A DNA stretch of 64,000 nt, taken from positions 210,924,001 to 210,988,000 of the forward strand of contig NC_042997.1 of the NCBI RefSeq assembly GCF_006345805.1, read 5' to 3'. Below, piece by piece: positions 62,023 through 64,000 of the stretch (the stretch's first letter is position 1; every line of letters begins with the position of its first letter). The notes under the pieces are model-generated. The model worked only from the letters and a program-made list of their open reading frames with translations, was not told the origin of the DNA and searched no databases. The position numbers and the translations under genes are program-made. The stretch comes from Octopus sinensis (Eukaryota).

Positions 62023-62438
62023 GGATCTTTTCGGTTTGACTGGCAGTTTTTTCTAGCGGTGTCATATGAAATTGTCGCCCATAATTATGACCCTAGTATC
62101 GATCTATTGCATTTCAATCTGTTTTAGGGTTAGGGTTAGGGGTGGGGGGAAGGGTATCTTTTTTTCTTCACAAATGTAAATAAACCCAATCTGTTTCTTA
62201 AACGAGGGACATATTCATACGGCACAGAATGTTTTCACCTCAATAGACGTCATTGATTGGTTGAAATTGTAGAAATTGAAGAAAAAAACAACAAATATCT
62301 TACAAACTATAGAATTTTCTCAATAAAGTCAAGAGAAAAAGATGTTTTATAAACACATTCTACCAGTATAGGAAGTTTAAAAGTGTTTAGTTACGTGGAA
62401 ATTATTTTAAAAAACTGCCGGTCAAACCGAAAAGATCC
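62023..62438. mobile_element. 416-bp MITE with 30-bp TIRs and 8-bp TSD (Merlin- or hAT-type)
   Basis: TIR GGATCTTTTCGGTTTGAC(T/C)GGCAGTTTTTT at 62023-62052 and 62409-62438; TSD CGACATAT at 62015-62022 and 62439-62446. Confidence 0.88.
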
Positions 62439-62560
62439 CGACATATTTCTTAAGAAAAACCTTCGACTGTTTTATGCAAATATTATTTTCTTGTTTAAAA
62501 TTCTACTTTTATTTCATTTCATTTTATTGTATTTTATAAATCCATTTTAATCGTTTAATT

Positions 62561-62998
62561 GAAACTCCGACGTCTGGCAGCTGACTTGGCAGACACCTAT
62601 AAAATTATCAACCATCTCACAAACAATAACTTTGAGCACCTTTTCAAACTCCACCCATCTAACACCCATGGACATATTTACAAAGTCAGAAAACAGCACA
62701 GCGCCCATGACTTCAGGAAACATTTTTTCACGCTGAGAGTTGCTGAAGCATGGAACAAACTGCCAGCATCAGTTGTTAGTTGTCGGAGCACTGCATCCTT
62801 CAAAACTTCCATGCTTCCTGAGATTCGCCAACACTACACCTGATTTTCTCCCCTCCATACACACACGGGCATGTACCTGACTCATGCATTGTTCGCTTTC
62901 CAGACATTTCTACATTACTGCATGTACTTTATATGCACTTTTTGACAAGTTGTGGTGCACCTGAGCACTGTATACAATAATTTCATTATTATTATTAA
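62561..62998 (+). mobile_element. CR1-group LINE 3' end
   Basis: LRRLAADL..TYKII...RKHFFTLRVAEAWNKLP, then a 3' UTR ending in AATAATTTC(ATT)n. Confidence 0.8.
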
Positions 62999-63650
62999 TT
63001 TATAGATAATTCGATATAGGGTGTTCTATTTGCATGCTTTTTATCCGAATTTTATTATTATGCACTCAGCAATTTTTTAAAAATAATGTTGTTTGTATAT
63101 ATATACGTCAGGTCCTAGACATGTTTTTATGTGGATGTTTCTATTGTTGGTATGCATATGTATTCGTATGTAAGCGTCTATGTTTAAGTGTAAGTAAGCG
63201 TGTATGATTATACTTGTGCACATACATACATGGGTGTATATCTATGCATGTATTCACATGGATTTGTGTAGATGTGTATTTACGTGCTTATTTCCATATG
63301 TTTATATATGTGTTCTTATATGTGTATTTATCGCTAATAATATACACTTTTGTATACACATGTATACGTAATTTTATTTTGTGTACGTTCGTTACACATA
63401 TTCAGCTACCGATCTTTCTTTCTTTTTTCTTTCTTTCTTTCTTCTCTCTTTCTTTCTTTTTTCTTTCTTTCTTTCTTTTCCTTACGGAAAGTATTTCTTG
63501 CACCCCCCCCTTATTCGTTACTTGTATAGAGTCCTTTAACTTTGCGCGCCTCTCTCCCCCCCTTCTCTCACTAACTGTTACATATAACATCCTTCTTTTT
63601 CTTTCTCTTTCCCCCTCCTTGCGTTAGCATGATTGCGTGTATATATAAGA

Positions 63651-63926
63651 CTAGCAGTATCGCCCGGCGTTGCTCGGGTTTGTAAGGGAAATAACTATAT
63701 AAGCATTTTTAGAGAGTTATAGCCAAAAAATAGCAAAAAAATGCATTAAAAATGAAAAAAAAATGATGTTAAATTATTTTTAAAATCGTAGACTCATCGT
63801 AGACGCGCGCTAATACCCAGAAGGGCTCGATATGAATCACGACTATAAGATACCGCAAAATGTGGGAGTAGTTAGGAATCTAAATCGTAGGAGACAGACA
63901 CACAACCTCACTTTTATATATAAAGA
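63651..63926 (-). mobile_element. 276-bp non-autonomous Helitron
   Basis: The minus strand starts TC (63926-63925) and ends CTAG (63654-63651). It is inserted between A and T with no TSD, and has a GC-rich hairpin CCCGAGCAACGCCGGG about 12 nt from the 3' end. Confidence 0.85.
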
Positions 63927-64000
63927 TTAATCAGCCGAAGTTGCGAGGATGATCCGGTTCTTGACTGAAGATCGAAGGCTTCGAATGTCCCGTCCGTGAT

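Overview
Eukaryotic, AT-rich, repeat-dominated genomic DNA. It is probably octopus: I recognise the tRNA-derived SINE families and microsatellite load as octopus-like, but this is an inference. There is one confident host gene, the DEAH-box RNA helicase DHX35 (+ strand, CDS join 41959..42345,44410..46119, 698 aa), encoded by only two coding exons. The rest is mostly retroelement debris: at least six R4/Dong-type restriction-like-endonuclease LINE pieces sitting in (TAA)n tracts, CR1-group, RTE, Penelope-like and probable Tx1-like LINE fragments, and several modular tRNA-SINE families (my working labels A, B, C, E, F). Also present are a Tc1/mariner relic, MITEs, a small Helitron and many micro/minisatellites. 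The most unusual structures are four: (i) a family of retroposons with an RTE-type 3' tail carrying a variable-number 61-67 bp tandem array (about 1 to about 43 units), clustered at 48-57 kb; (ii) the near-intronless DHX35; (iii) microsatellite-embedded LINEs; (iv) a 600-bp imperfect palindrome built on a tRNA-SINE with a Penelope/hammerhead-like tail. I found no CRISPR array, rRNA or genuine tRNA gene. Most ORFs in the supplied track are microsatellite or repeat artefacts. Repeat boundaries were read by eye and are approximate unless a TSD or TIR is quoted.
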